64,000 nt of DNA from a virus, in IMG/VR virus record IMGVR_UViG_3300008516_000114, positions 25,684-89,683 of that record; one strand, written 5' to 3'. The notes under the pieces are model-generated. The model saw only the letters and a list, made by a program, of their open reading frames with translations, had not been told where the DNA came from and did no database searches. Position 1 is the first letter of the stretch. Every line of letters begins with the position of its first letter. The position numbers and the translations under genes are program-made. Positions 1 through 9,478 of the stretch are shown in pieces.

Positions 1-216
1 AATAAGAGGATATGAACACATGCTAACTATTGATAATAAATGGTGGCGTGAAACGGCTATAAAACGGTTAAAGGAATTGAAAAAGTCATTGTTTAGTAGA
101 TTATTAAGAATTAAGAAGAGACAATGACATATAAATATTAATTGAGTGCAATGATTCCATGAAAAACGGTTACTTTTCGTGAAAATTGGTTACTCAAATT
201 ATTGGAGGACAAATAG

Positions 217-957
217 ATGGAAAAAGTATCAATTATAATAGTAACGTACAACCGGTTAGATATGTTGAAAAAATGTCTTGCTGGAATAAGAAAAAATACT
301 AACTATCCTTATGAAATGATATTAATTGATAATGGCAGTGACAGAGAGACTGCTGATTATATCGGATTACAGGGATGGATGGATGATGTTTGGGGAGTAT
401 ACCGATTTGATAATAACGCAGGTTTTGCAAGGGGATTTAGTAAAGGACTTGCAATGACAGATTGTAAGTATAGAATAATACTTAATAGCGATACAGTTCC
501 TTATAAGGGCTGGCTTGACAGATTGGTAAGATTTTTTGATATAAATCCAGATGTGGGAATAGTATTGCCATATACAAATTATGCTTGTAACCCTGAGATA
601 CGTTGTGATGAACAAGTCATATTTGATACTCAAACAAAATTATTAAAAGGCGATGTACCGGCAATATGCTGGATGATATCGAGAAAATGCTATAATGCAG
701 TTTGTAATGTAATTGAAAAATTGGGTGGTGGCAATTGTTTTTTCCACAGTGATTTTGAATATGGTTGGGCAGAAGATATATTGACTTCACAAATAATAAG
801 GAAATTGGGATTTGATAGATATGTAATAGGCAAGAGTTTCATTTATCATTTTGGAATGGCAACGCAAGCAATCCTAAAGGATACAGGTGGTTTCAGAAAA
901 AAAAATATGGTGAAATTGAAAAAATATCTTGAAGAATTAAAGGAATTGAATTTATGA
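217..957 (+). CDS. Glycosyltransferase family 2
   Basis: VSIIIVTYN, ILIDNGS, NAGFARG, ILNSD and AED motifs of GT-A/GT2 enzymes. Confidence 0.93.
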   Translation: MEKVSIIIVTYNRLDMLKKCLAGIRKNTNYPYEMILIDNGSDRETADYIGLQGWMDDVWGVYRFDNNAGFARGFSKGLAMTDCKYRIILNSDTVPYKGWLDRLVRFFDINPDVGIVLPYTNYACNPEIRCDEQVIFDTQTKLLKGDVPAICWMISRKCYNAVCNVIEKLGGGNCFFHSDFEYGWAEDILTSQIIRKLGFDRYVIGKSFIYHFGMATQAILKDTGGFRKKNMVKLKKYLEELKELNL

Positions 958-2153
958 AAGTATTGCACTTTGTAGAAGGCGATAATGCCTGCACATATTA
1001 CCGAACAACACAGCCGTGTGAGTTTATGAAATGCAGTGGTCATATTCATATAATTATACAAATTTATTGCAAATTATCGGAAAAAGATAGAGATAAGATA
1101 TATAAAGTAATTCCCGATATGGACATAATATTTTTCAATAGGTTTTTAGATTGGCAGGATTTAATAGAATTTGCAAATAAAAAGAATGTAATTACAATAT
1201 ATGGCACAGATGATTATTTTGAATTTGGAGATAAAAATCCATTTGGTGCAATTGCAAAGTATAATCATTATGATCTCAGATGCCAGAATGCGGCACAATC
1301 TTGCGATGGAGTGATTGTATCTACAAAGGCTCTACAGGAGATTTTTTATAGATATAATTCAAATACCTATGTTGTACAGAACATGATAGATTATTCAATG
1401 AAGCAATGGCATAAGAAAATAAGAGGAAATGGGAAAGCGAGCAGTAGAGCAGGGGAGAGAATTGTAATAGGATATTATGGAAGCCCGACGCATTATTATG
1501 ATCTTAAAGAGGCAATGCCAGCAATTACACAATTAATGCAGGAGTATCCGAATCTGGAATTTCATTATGGGGTTATACCAACAGAGGGTGTGATTTACGA
1601 TTTGAATAAAGAAAGAGGTCGTTTTAAAAAAGAAGTTAATCCAAATAACTTCATGGCAATTAAATACAGGAATTTGAGTAAGGATATGCCTAACGACAGG
1701 GTTAAGTACTTAACCTACTCATCGATAGATGAATTTGGTAAAGTATATGCAGATTTTGATATTGCTATTGCTCCACTTGCGGATACTGCAATGAATAGAC
1801 ATAAATCGAATCTAAAAGTTATAGAACCCGGTGGATATAATTTACCAGTAGTTTGCTCTGCTATTCGTCCATTCACAGAGACGATAAAACATGGCGTTGA
1901 TGGATTTTTGGTAAACACTCCCGATGAATGGTATGATTATCTCAAGCAATTAATTGAGAGTAAAGAATTGCGTAATACAATAGGAAAAGCATTAGGCGAA
2001 AAAGTTCTATTGAATTATGATATTAGAAATCGCTGGCATGATTGGTTTTATACTATATTGACAATTGCAAGAATATCCGGTAAGCCATTTCGGAATATCA
2101 CGGGCAAGAAATGGAGTAAAGCAAGAATATTACGCAAAAATCTATTCGGTTAG
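954..2153 (+). CDS. Glycosyltransferase, GT-B fold (GT4-like)
   Basis: YGTDDY, VIVST, GYYGSPTH, FDIAIAPL, KSNLKVIE and HGVDGFLV motifs; ATGA overlap with the upstream GT2 gene. Confidence 0.92.
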   Translation: MKVLHFVEGDNACTYYRTTQPCEFMKCSGHIHIIIQIYCKLSEKDRDKIYKVIPDMDIIFFNRFLDWQDLIEFANKKNVITIYGTDDYFEFGDKNPFGAIAKYNHYDLRCQNAAQSCDGVIVSTKALQEIFYRYNSNTYVVQNMIDYSMKQWHKKIRGNGKASSRAGERIVIGYYGSPTHYYDLKEAMPAITQLMQEYPNLEFHYGVIPTEGVIYDLNKERGRFKKEVNPNNFMAIKYRNLSKDMPNDRVKYLTYSSIDEFGKVYADFDIAIAPLADTAMNRHKSNLKVIEPGGYNLPVVCSAIRPFTETIKHGVDGFLVNTPDEWYDYLKQLIESKELRNTIGKALGEKVLLNYDIRNRWHDWFYTILTIARISGKPFRNITGKKWSKARILRKNLFG

Positions 2154-2156
2154 ATT

Positions 2157-2336
2157 ATGGGTTTTCGTAAGAGTAAAGAATTATCAAGGCGCAATAAAGA
2201 TATATTGGAAGAATATATTCGGTATTGCAAGGAAGGGAAATTGCAAGATAAAGAAATTATAAAGAGACTGGCTAAGAAATTTTATCTTGCAGAGAGGACT
2301 ATTGAGAATATTGTGTCATTGAGGAATGATTTGTGA
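2157..2336 (+). CDS. Small Mor-like HTH transcriptional regulator (59 aa; not in ORF track)
   Basis: My translation: MGFRKSKELSRRNKDILEEY...IKRLAKKFYLAERTIENIVSLRNDL. The RN..I....LA.KF.L.ERTI..IV pattern resembles Mor-family C-termini. Confidence 0.7.
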   Translation: MGFRKSKELSRRNKDILEEYIRYCKEGKLQDKEIIKRLAKKFYLAERTIENIVSLRNDL

Positions 2337-2387
2337 ATATTTGAATATGTGAAAATAAAATTATAATATAAAATATCAGATAACTTG

Positions 2388-2413
2388 AAGCCCCGATTAT
2401 ATCGGGTTTTTTT
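2388..2413 (+). terminator. Rho-independent terminator
   Basis: CCCGAT-TAT-ATCGGG hairpin followed by a T run. Confidence 0.8.
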
Positions 2414-2441
2414 ATTTTCAGATACAGAAAATATTGCACAA

Positions 2442-2480
2442 TATATTGTATTTTCCCCTTTAAGGGGAAAGTATATTGTA
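2442..2480. promoter_or_regulatory. Candidate operator upstream of head operon
   Basis: Palindrome TTTCCCCTT-T-AAGGGGAAA (2452-2470) flanked by two TATATTGTA direct repeats 30 bp apart. Confidence 0.5.
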
Positions 2481-2534
2481 TAAAATGTTATATTTTTGTT
2501 TATTATGCGTCAGAATGAGTGAGAAAGGCGAAAT

Positions 2535-4106
2535 ATGGAACAATCGATAACATTCAAAGCAGATATTGCTAATTTCCAATTTATTCAAGAACCACTTAAA
2601 GTTTCTGTTGGAGAAAAGGAGTATGTTTTTGAACCAGACGTTAGTAAATCATTTTTCCATTTTGATTTGCTTTCTTCTTATCCTACTTTTAATTCAAATA
2701 AATTAACATTTACGCTTCCGATATTAGCAAAGGCGTTTGCAACTGCTATGTATAATCCATTGGATATTGAACATATATTGGAAGGCAATCCTGGTATTTT
2801 CGATCCTGAAAAAGATGCTAATCGCATTATCGGGGCAATGATATTATCTTATTTACCAGGCATTGAAAAGTATGGCGACGATGTACCACTAGTACCCGAT
2901 GCTCCTATACCAATGCGGATCGTTGGCGTTGCATGGAAGCGAATTGCGGATGCCCAGGATTTATTGCAGGGAATGGCAAATGGTGTGAAATGGGGTACAT
3001 CAATGGAGGTTATCAGGAATTCCAGTGAGGATATGTATGTCAATCCTGAAACCAATGAATTCTATGAATTGGGCAGTGTACCAGAAGACTTAAAAGACAA
3101 AGTTGTATTGGCTGTTGGTGGTAAAGGCGATAAGGAAAAAACCACTGTTAATTTCTGGGGTGGCGGATTCACATTATCACAAGCAGATAGGACGGCAAAT
3201 ATTCTTTCTTTGAACGCAGCAATGGCAAACAAGGGAGAGATGACAATGAAGATAGATAAATCAAAAACAGACAAATCGAATATAGAAAAATTATTTGCTG
3301 ATACTAATAAAATTATAATAATCACCGATGGTTCTGCAAGTGGTACTATAATGCAAATAGGTGAAGAGCAAGTTGCTTTTGAAAGTCTTTGGTTAAGTTG
3401 CTCTAAAGATAATAGAGACGATAGAGTATATATGGATTTTTCAGTAGTGAAAGAAAAAATCGGTGATTTTGTTGTTTACCAACGATATGAATTGAAGAAA
3501 AAAGAACTCTTTAAAGCGGAAGGAGATGAGGACATGAATATTATACAACAAGCAAAGAAAGAGTTGAAAGAAGAGGGATACAAGAGTGCTTCCGAGATAG
3601 AGAAAGAGATTTCTACGGTTAAGGAAGGATTTAAGGATTTTGTATCTCCTGACAAGCAAAAGGAATTGGTAGATCAGGCAGTTAAGGACAAGGCAGTGGA
3701 GATCGAGAAAGCAGTTAAGGAAAAATACGATATTCTTTTTGCACGTTTAGGTGAAATGGAAAAAGAAGGTATTAAGGTAACGGTTTCGAGAAAAGAAAAG
3801 ATAATTTCTTTTAAAACAGATGAAGCAGGAAATAAAGAATTCAAGGAATATTTGGATTCTATTAAAGCATCAATTGCGGATATGGAAAAAGTATTGAAAG
3901 AGAAGAATGTTGAATTGAACGATAATTTAAAAGCCAAAATATCGGCATTTAATGGAGTTGATGACCTGGAATTTAAGGCATTAATAGATGGTATCAGCAT
4001 GATTGCATCGAAAGCCAGTGGAGACGATAGAGAAACATTCGTTTTTTCTCCTACTGGGGGGGACATTGATAAAAATAAAGACCCTTTTGCCGGAATGCAC
4101 AAATGA
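2535..4106 (+). CDS. Probable prohead protease/scaffold fusion
   Basis: First gene of the head operon; LDIEH and GTSME in the N-terminal half, charged coiled-coil C-terminal half. Confidence 0.7.
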   Translation: MEQSITFKADIANFQFIQEPLKVSVGEKEYVFEPDVSKSFFHFDLLSSYPTFNSNKLTFTLPILAKAFATAMYNPLDIEHILEGNPGIFDPEKDANRIIGAMILSYLPGIEKYGDDVPLVPDAPIPMRIVGVAWKRIADAQDLLQGMANGVKWGTSMEVIRNSSEDMYVNPETNEFYELGSVPEDLKDKVVLAVGGKGDKEKTTVNFWGGGFTLSQADRTANILSLNAAMANKGEMTMKIDKSKTDKSNIEKLFADTNKIIIITDGSASGTIMQIGEEQVAFESLWLSCSKDNRDDRVYMDFSVVKEKIGDFVVYQRYELKKKELFKAEGDEDMNIIQQAKKELKEEGYKSASEIEKEISTVKEGFKDFVSPDKQKELVDQAVKDKAVEIEKAVKEKYDILFARLGEMEKEGIKVTVSRKEKIISFKTDEAGNKEFKEYLDSIKASIADMEKVLKEKNVELNDNLKAKISAFNGVDDLEFKALIDGISMIASKASGDDRETFVFSPTGGDIDKNKDPFAGMHK

Positions 4107-4120
4107 GATAGGAGGTAAAG

Positions 4121-4594
4121 ATGAGTTTTAAAATTTTACATGGAATGGATGAATTGAACATTGGTTATATGACCTGTGATACGGAATTGGCTAAGGGTAT
4201 CGCTGTTGAGGAAGCCGGTGACGGCACAGAGATCGTCCAGGCTTGTGTATGTGGTTCGCCTTTAGGATTTTTGCTTCAGGATGTTACAGAAGATGGAGCT
4301 TCATACCAGGAATTGGAATTACTGCCAGGCTCGGAGATTTATGAAGTTAAGATCGGCGGTAAGGTTGCTATAATCGATGGTGAAGGTGAAATAGTAACAA
4401 GCCAGGTTGTTGAAACGGGTACTGGTAATTTAGGAGCTGCAACTGTTGAAGATCAGCTTTCGATTCTTAATGGTAAATGGCGAGTTGCACAGACAGGCGA
4501 TACGGTTTGTGGTTTTCTGCGAGGTACTGATTATAATAGTGTTTCTGGTGATTATCATATCCGCAGGATTAAAGGTGGATATATAAAGGCATAA
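4121..4594 (+). CDS. Probable capsid decoration/cement protein
   Basis: 157 aa, Gly-rich beta protein between scaffold and capsid genes; strong RBS. Confidence 0.65.
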   Translation: MSFKILHGMDELNIGYMTCDTELAKGIAVEEAGDGTEIVQACVCGSPLGFLLQDVTEDGASYQELELLPGSEIYEVKIGGKVAIIDGEGEIVTSQVVETGTGNLGAATVEDQLSILNGKWRVAQTGDTVCGFLRGTDYNSVSGDYHIRRIKGGYIKA

Positions 4595-4607
4595 AAGGAG
4601 GTTTAAA

Positions 4608-5678
4608 ATGGGACGAATACTTGATAAAAATTTAGAATTAATGAAGCCTGCTATTGCCGCTATGGAAGATAATCAAAAAAAGAGAAATGCGAGCAAATCC
4701 GAGAGGCGAGAGGCATGGAAATCAACATTTCAGAATTATGAATTAGCGGCATCATGGGCGGCACACCGTAAAGAGGTATTTAATCTTACGGTATTACCGG
4801 ATTTAATAGCATCGGAATTGTTTGAAATCATATCGCTTGAAAAAGGTCAGCGTATCGAGATAGATACGACTTACAATGCGGAATACCAGGTCAAGGAAAT
4901 CAACCAGATGGGTGGAATGGTGCATAACTCCTGGGTTATGCCCAATACAGTTAATATGAGAGATGTATATGAGATTGAAACTGAGGAAGTGGCATATCCT
5001 GTCGAGTCAATCATACAGGGTAATATTGATAAATCCGATGAGGTCAACAGGGATGTCAGGTTTGCTTATGAAAATAAGATAGATTTAGATGTCTGGACAT
5101 TGTTTACAAGCATATTTGATACTTTTACCACAAATGCTACTTACAGATTACATTCGAGAGTTGATAGCGGCAACTTACCAACAACCAATATTGTTGATGC
5201 AAGTGCCGAAGGTGGTTTGACAGTAGGTGCAATGAAACAGTTATTGGCACATTGTGAATTAGCCGGTATAACACCAAGGTTAATTTATCTCTCACCACAA
5301 GACAAACCCGATATATGGGATTGGACAACTGTTGTAGCCGGTTATACCGGTACTACTCCAACACCCCAAGATGTGCTTTCATTGGAAAAGCACGCTGAAT
5401 TATGGAAAAGTGGTAAGATTACCAATATGTTTGGCTATCCTGTTATTTTCAAGACATTGAATTTTCTTGCTCCTGGCAAGGTTTATGTTGCTAGTGATAA
5501 ACCTTCGGGTAAATTGTATTTCAAACCTGATTATGAACGGGTGATTTTCTATACTCAAAATGAATGTCGTAAGCTTATGAAATTACCGAGACATGAAGCG
5601 GTAGGTATAGAAGGTGTCATTAAACCGTTGATTGAAGCTCCGCAATATCTTAATTCGGTGAGACTTGATATTGCATAA
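4608..5678 (+). CDS. Major capsid protein (HK97-like fold)
   Basis: 356 aa, canonical position, AAAGGAGG RBS, GKITNMFGYPV motif typical of HK97-fold capsids. Confidence 0.85.
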   Translation: MGRILDKNLELMKPAIAAMEDNQKKRNASKSERREAWKSTFQNYELAASWAAHRKEVFNLTVLPDLIASELFEIISLEKGQRIEIDTTYNAEYQVKEINQMGGMVHNSWVMPNTVNMRDVYEIETEEVAYPVESIIQGNIDKSDEVNRDVRFAYENKIDLDVWTLFTSIFDTFTTNATYRLHSRVDSGNLPTTNIVDASAEGGLTVGAMKQLLAHCELAGITPRLIYLSPQDKPDIWDWTTVVAGYTGTTPTPQDVLSLEKHAELWKSGKITNMFGYPVIFKTLNFLAPGKVYVASDKPSGKLYFKPDYERVIFYTQNECRKLMKLPRHEAVGIEGVIKPLIEAPQYLNSVRLDIA

Positions 5679-5685
5679 AATATTT

Positions 5686-5706
5686 TCAAAGAGGGATTCT
5701 TTGAAC
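5686..5706 (+). terminator. Hairpin after capsid gene (attenuator or stabiliser)
   Basis: TTCAAAGA-GGGAT-TCTTTGAA inverted repeat with a weak U tail. Confidence 0.4.
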
Positions 5707-5729
5707 AACTTCTTTAATAAGGAGGCAAT

Positions 5730-6083
5730 ATGGCTCAATTTATAAAAGTTAAGCCAACGGAATTGTTACATGGTGTTATACGCCTGAGCAAAAAGGTTTT
5801 CATTAACCCGAATAGTGATTGGCGTGAATTACCAATAACTGCTGAAAAGCCTAAAGATGAAAAGAAACTGGCGGAATGGCAGTTGATGATGGATAAGGTA
5901 AATCATTATTGGACAGTTGGGAAGTTACAGGTTAAAGGCAAAATACCACAGAGGAAAAGAGTCAAGGAAACTTTTTATTGTAAGGAAAAGGATGGACATC
6001 TTAATAGCCCTGTGCCTGTATTCAAGGATGGGTTATGTTCCTTTCATTATAATAAAAAGCATCCGGAGATATTTGCGGGTTAA
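5730..6083 (+). CDS. Hypothetical protein with C-terminal Cys/His motif
   Basis: AAGGAGG RBS; C...C-x-x-H near the C-terminus. Confidence 0.7.
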   Translation: MAQFIKVKPTELLHGVIRLSKKVFINPNSDWRELPITAEKPKDEKKLAEWQLMMDKVNHYWTVGKLQVKGKIPQRKRVKETFYCKEKDGHLNSPVPVFKDGLCSFHYNKKHPEIFAG

Positions 6084-6103
6084 TTGTCAATATGGGGTGA
6101 GAT

Positions 6104-6436
6104 ATGAGCAGGACAAAGTTAAAAGACCATTTAACCGGTGGCGATATAGATTTTGGTGATTTGCTGACGAATATGGCTTATATCAGGCAATATCTAAGTG
6201 AGAGTTTTCCACCTATAATCGAAGATATTACACCAAGTGATACTACCGTACTTTCAGATGTATTATGGATACGATGTGGTACTTCGGGCACTTTAAAGAT
6301 AAGGGATTCTGAAGGCAATGATACTACTCATTCAAATGTAAGTGCTGGTGAGAAATTCTTCGGTAGAATAACGAAGGTATATTTAACAGGGACGACTTGC
6401 ACAGGGATAAGAGCGTGGAAGGTTAAGGGTAGCTAA
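6104..6436 (+). CDS. Head spike-base-like protein
   Basis: ITPSD...G..GTL.I....G.......V.AG......TKVY.TGTT pattern recalled from RcGTA Rcc01079-like spike bases. Confidence 0.6.
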   Translation: MSRTKLKDHLTGGDIDFGDLLTNMAYIRQYLSESFPPIIEDITPSDTTVLSDVLWIRCGTSGTLKIRDSEGNDTTHSNVSAGEKFFGRITKVYLTGTTCTGIRAWKVKGS

Positions 6437-6469
6437 TTGTTAATTGTGAATTGTTAATTATTAATTGGA
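6435..6469. repeat. Five-unit AATTNNN heptad array, copy 1
   Basis: AATT starts at 6435, 6442, 6449, 6456, 6463. Confidence 0.85.
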
Positions 6470-6477
6470 GATGAGAG

Positions 6478-6597
6478 ATGCTGACAGTTTTGAAGGATTT
6501 CTTTTTTGATTTAATAAACATTATCAAAGATACATTTTTGGGCGGTATAAATCACAAACTTGAAGAAGAACACCGAAAACTTGATGAAATCGGATAA
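6478..6597 (+). CDS. Small hypothetical protein (39 aa; not in ORF track)
   Basis: GGAG RBS; MLTVLKDFFFDLINIIK...LDEIG fills the gap between neighbours. Confidence 0.5.
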   Translation: MLTVLKDFFFDLINIIKDTFLGGINHKLEEEHRKLDEIG

Positions 6598-6610
6598 GAG
6601 GAATTAAAAT

Positions 6611-7630
6611 ATGTTATCACAAGAAGAAGTAGCCATTGAATATGTAAAATTTATTTATCAAAATGGTGATGACCATAAAATTAAGCGTGGTGATGATGGT
6701 GCTATATCTGGTTTTACAGGTGGACATTTGTTATCTGTTGCGACTGATGGTAAAGGATTTGAGGATTCGGGGATTAAGAAGGATACAAGTGGTGCAACTG
6801 CTGATAAGGTCGTAACGCTGAAATCTTTACATACCGACAATAGAGTAATAACATTACCTGATGCTACGGATACATTGATAGGGAAAAACACAACCGATAT
6901 ATTAACACTCAAAACATTAACTACTCCAGTTATTGCATCATTTTATCGGGATGCAGGTAAGACAAAATTAATGACAGTGCCAAATGTGGCGAGTGATACA
7001 TTGGCTTTACTCGCTGCGGTACAGATATTGACAAATAAGAGATTAAATAGCCCAAAGATTAATGAAGATACGATTTTATCTTCTGCCTCTTCTGCAATCG
7101 ATGATGCAGTGGATAAGAAACACGCAAAACCAGATGCTAATTATGATTTCTCTGCTGGTTCATGGGATTATCCGGACAGTAATCCAGCACCTTTAGATAC
7201 GGATTCCGGTACTAATGGGACTGCAAAACGAATTTTATTTGATGATACCACTGAAGAATTTATTATAGATCAGATTAAACTTCCAGGTGACTTAAATGCT
7301 TTGGGAACAGTAACGTTCGAGACTTATGGCCATGCAGTGACATCGGTAGCGGACAAAAAAGTCCAATTGAAATTTTACCATTGTGCAAAAGCTGCAGGTG
7401 AAAGTTGGGATGCTGCTTTTGCCTCAAAAGTGAGTGGAGATAAAGATTGCGATTCTACACAAGACGAAAAAGGATTAGACCATTTTACCTGGACAGAAAC
7501 GATTGCAAATTTGGGCTGGGCTGCTAACGATTTTGTGAGGATTAAGCTATCAAGAATAGCACCTTCAGAAAACAATCTGAGTGGAGATTATGGTATTTTC
7601 CATTTCAGAGTTAAGATACCGAGAACATAA
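6611..7630 (+). CDS. Probable head fibre/spike protein
   Basis: RVITLPDATDTLIG, LTNKRLNSPKINE fibre motifs followed by a beta-sandwich-like C-terminus. Confidence 0.65.
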   Translation: MLSQEEVAIEYVKFIYQNGDDHKIKRGDDGAISGFTGGHLLSVATDGKGFEDSGIKKDTSGATADKVVTLKSLHTDNRVITLPDATDTLIGKNTTDILTLKTLTTPVIASFYRDAGKTKLMTVPNVASDTLALLAAVQILTNKRLNSPKINEDTILSSASSAIDDAVDKKHAKPDANYDFSAGSWDYPDSNPAPLDTDSGTNGTAKRILFDDTTEEFIIDQIKLPGDLNALGTVTFETYGHAVTSVADKKVQLKFYHCAKAAGESWDAAFASKVSGDKDCDSTQDEKGLDHFTWTETIANLGWAANDFVRIKLSRIAPSENNLSGDYGIFHFRVKIPRT

Positions 7631-7644
7631 AGAGGAGTATTATT

Positions 7645-8316
7645 ATGGCGTTGGAGCTTGATGGGTTAGGTGTTATTAATATTGGAGAACCTATAGTATT
7701 AGACCAAGATTTTTCGGCAATTACATTATCTTGTTGGATTAAACACTCTACAGGAGATGTATCTCCTACTGATTATATTTTAGGCAAGGGATCTATGTGG
7801 TATTTAATGTTTAATAATCCAACAATATGTAAGTTCAGACACTTAAATCTGGGAATTGCAAATACTTCGGTTACTGTACCTGCTATTGGAACTTCTTGGC
7901 ATTTTATTGTTGCTACTTACAATGGAAGTAGAACAAATATTTATTTAAATGGAGTGGATTATGATGGTAATACTGGATTATCTGGAGGTCTGGGAACTAA
8001 TGATGTGAATGTCGGAATAGGTAGTTATTTTGGTGATACTCCTTTTTGGAAAGGCTCCATCGACGAAGTCCGTATCTACAACCGCGCCTTGAGTGAAGCA
8101 GAAATTAAGATTCTTTATAATTCAAGAGGGCAAAATATAATAACCAAAGGTTTAGTAGGTTATTGGAGAATGAACGAAAAACCTGATGGAACAGCAGCAA
8201 GTGGAGCTAATTCCATTATAGATTTAAGCGGATATGGAAATCATGGAACACCAGAAGGCGGACCAATTTATCGGGCAACACCCAATAAGATATATATTCC
8301 GAGAGTGATAGCATAA
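7645..8316 (+). CDS. LamG/concanavalin A-like lectin domain protein
   Basis: ITLSCWIK, WHFIVATYNG, IYLNG, GSIDEVRIYNRALS, GLVGYWRMNE. Confidence 0.92.
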   Translation: MALELDGLGVINIGEPIVLDQDFSAITLSCWIKHSTGDVSPTDYILGKGSMWYLMFNNPTICKFRHLNLGIANTSVTVPAIGTSWHFIVATYNGSRTNIYLNGVDYDGNTGLSGGLGTNDVNVGIGSYFGDTPFWKGSIDEVRIYNRALSEAEIKILYNSRGQNIITKGLVGYWRMNEKPDGTAASGANSIIDLSGYGNHGTPEGGPIYRATPNKIYIPRVIA

Positions 8317-8328
8317 GGATAAATAGTC

Positions 8329-8649
8329 ATGTCAACAGTAATCAATAAAGATAAATTAGAAATAAGAAGGAGTGTTCATACTCCAGATTATTCTGGTAAA
8401 GATGATTGGCTTATAAATCCTAAACTTCCGGATTGTTCCAAGAAGTACTGGAAAGTTGCCGGGGCTAATGTAACAGAAATGACCAGTGAAGAAAAGTCAG
8501 TTAAAGATGCCGAATTAACTACACAACAACAGGAATTATTAGAAGAACAACAGGAACAAGAAGTTCGCCTTAAAAAGGTAAGGGGAAAATTCCAATTATT
8601 GGGATTTACAGAGGAAGATATAGAATTATTTAGAGTATTATTTTCATAG
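8329..8649 (+). CDS. Hypothetical fibre-associated protein
   Basis: WLINP...KYWKV...EM..EEK pattern directly after the LamG gene. Confidence 0.6.
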   Translation: MSTVINKDKLEIRRSVHTPDYSGKDDWLINPKLPDCSKKYWKVAGANVTEMTSEEKSVKDAELTTQQQELLEEQQEQEVRLKKVRGKFQLLGFTEEDIELFRVLFS

Positions 8650-8680
8650 TTGAGCGATTATCGATAGGGTTGGTAAAATA

Positions 8681-8893
8681 ATGAATAACAAAGATTTAAT
8701 TACACAATTGAAAGCATTTGAAGATAATTTACCAGTTTATTTCTGTAAGAAAGAGGAAATGTGTTTTTCAAATGTAGTTGAATCTGAAGAAGAATTGGAT
8801 ATGTTGACAGTTGATAGAATAGAATTAATGGAAGATAAAATAATATTAACCAATGTCAATGGAGTTGGGGAGTTAGAGAGTTTAGGAGTTTAG
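8681..8893 (+). CDS. Hypothetical protein
   Basis: 70-aa acidic ORF in operon orientation. Confidence 0.55.
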   Translation: MNNKDLITQLKAFEDNLPVYFCKKEEMCFSNVVESEEELDMLTVDRIELMEDKIILTNVNGVGELESLGV

Positions 8894-8908
8894 GAGTTTA
8901 GGAGTTTA
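8861..8908 (+). repeat. 8-bp tandem repeat (GGAGTTTA-like) upstream of holin-like gene
   Basis: ggagttgg ggagttag agagttta ggagttta ggagttta ggagttta. Confidence 0.8.
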
Positions 8909-8909
8909 T

Positions 8910-9191
8910 ATGGATGGTAAAGAATTTTTGAATTTAAATGCTGATGATTTAGTAAAAACGGGAAGCACAAAAATAGTATTGAAATTCGTTATTGTAGGAC
9001 AACAAAGTTTATTCAAAGAATTCAATGATATTGAAGAAAAATTATTAGATCCCGATAAAGGTATTTATGCAAGAATTAAATCAAATACAGATGCACGTAA
9101 ATTATTTCAGCGAATCTTTATCGGCTGGGGTGCTATTATGACGGGGTTAATAACCGCCATGCTTTTTAAAATACTTAGCAAAGGAATATAA
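8910..9191 (+). CDS. Holin-like membrane protein
   Basis: C-terminal hydrophobic helix, upstream of endolysin. Confidence 0.5.
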   Translation: MDGKEFLNLNADDLVKTGSTKIVLKFVIVGQQSLFKEFNDIEEKLLDPDKGIYARIKSNTDARKLFQRIFIGWGAIMTGLITAMLFKILSKGI

Positions 9192-9207
9192 TCACAAAGG
9201 AGGCAAT

Positions 9208-9471
9208 ATGTCTGAATGGTTTAGCTTACAGAATATTTTAATGATAGTAGCTTTGATTTTATCAGTTGTATTTGGGCTGGTATCATTGAAGTACAGAATA
9301 CTTATCGTGAAGTTGCGTGATATTGTTAAGAAATACCGTGACTCGATCAGCGAGCAATCGGAAGGTGGCAAGAGTTTAACAGCCAAAGAGAAACAAGAGA
9401 TAATGAAATTGATCGTACTGTTTTTTCAGGAATTGGGAATGCTATTGCTTAAAAAAAAGTCAAAAAGTTGA
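9208..9471 (+). CDS. Holin-like membrane protein
   Basis: N-terminal transmembrane helix and basic C-terminus, adjacent to endolysin. Confidence 0.6.
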   Translation: MSEWFSLQNILMIVALILSVVFGLVSLKYRILIVKLRDIVKKYRDSISEQSEGGKSLTAKEKQEIMKLIVLFFQELGMLLLKKKSKS

Positions 9472-9478
9472 GGATTTT

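Noticed and set aside
2065-2262. 65-aa ORF from the track
   Set aside because: Overlaps the GT gene; the alternative 2157-2336 frame gives a recognisable HTH protein.
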